Below, piece after piece: positions 35,527 to 35,639 of a DNA stretch of 35,639 nt. The DNA lies in the IMG/VR virus record IMGVR_UViG_3300020325_000037, positions 1 to 35,639 of that record. One strand, given 5' to 3'. The notes beneath the pieces were generated by a model. The model ran no database searches. It worked only from the letters and a program-made list of their open reading frames with translations, and was not told where the DNA came from. Position 1 is the first letter of the stretch. The number at the start of each line of letters is the position of its first letter. The stretch comes from a virus (taxonomy: Duplodnaviria; Caudoviricetes). The position numbers were made by a program, and so were the translations under genes.

Positions 35527-35637
35527 TCAATTATCATCAGGTCTAACTGAATCTGCTTCAGGAGGTGTCTGATCGATCAGTACCCATCCCCGAGTGTTAT
35601 CACTTTGATATACTGATTCATCCCAAATATAGATTCC
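35527..35637 (-). CDS. C-terminal fragment of a gene entering from the window edge
   Basis: ...IYIWDESVYQSDNTRGWVLIDQTPPEADSVRPDDN*; the YxWDE..W motif also occurs in 23074..23598. Confidence 0.55.
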   Translation of the reverse strand, partial: GIYIWDESVYQSDNTRGWVLIDQTPPEADSVRPDDN

Positions 35638-35639
35638 TC

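Larger units (their letters stand above)
1189..35527 (-). promoter_or_regulatory. Set of T4-type late promoters (A/C)TAAATA
   Basis: Seen on the plus strand as tattta(t/g) at 1189, 4343, 6434, 8466, 8746, 10834, 11308, 12390, 18791, 19161, 21288, 22843, 25815, 26014, 30470, 31568, 31768, 32198, 34152, 35088 and 35521, each just upstream of a start codon. Confidence 0.8.

Noticed and set aside
4636-35639. Diversity-generating retroelement or invertase shufflon behind tip variation
   Set aside because: No reverse transcriptase or recombinase in the window, the long repeats are exact rather than adenine-mutated, and all cassettes share one orientation.

Overview
This window is part of a T4-like marine cyanomyovirus genome, with all real genes on the minus strand. 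Positions 1-4600 hold conserved core and accessory genes: a truncated exonuclease, phoH, thyX, a glutaredoxin and small hypotheticals. Within them is a nitrogen-responsive locus: an NtcA-type box, a near-consensus sigma70 promoter, a nested double glutamine-riboswitch-like RNA whose two P2 loops each enclose a small paralogous ORF, a DUF4278 (YRG) peptide and a terminator. Positions 4600-35639 are a hypervariable late structural island. It carries seven glycine-rich adhesin-like genes, each directly behind a fibre carrier or adaptor gene, plus small linker proteins, a 2121-aa virion protein and a three-gene 2OG-Fe(II) oxygenase cassette with its own sigma70 promoter. Exact 30-65 nt repeats between cassettes suggest intragenomic shuffling. 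All family calls come from motifs recognised by eye; no database search was run.
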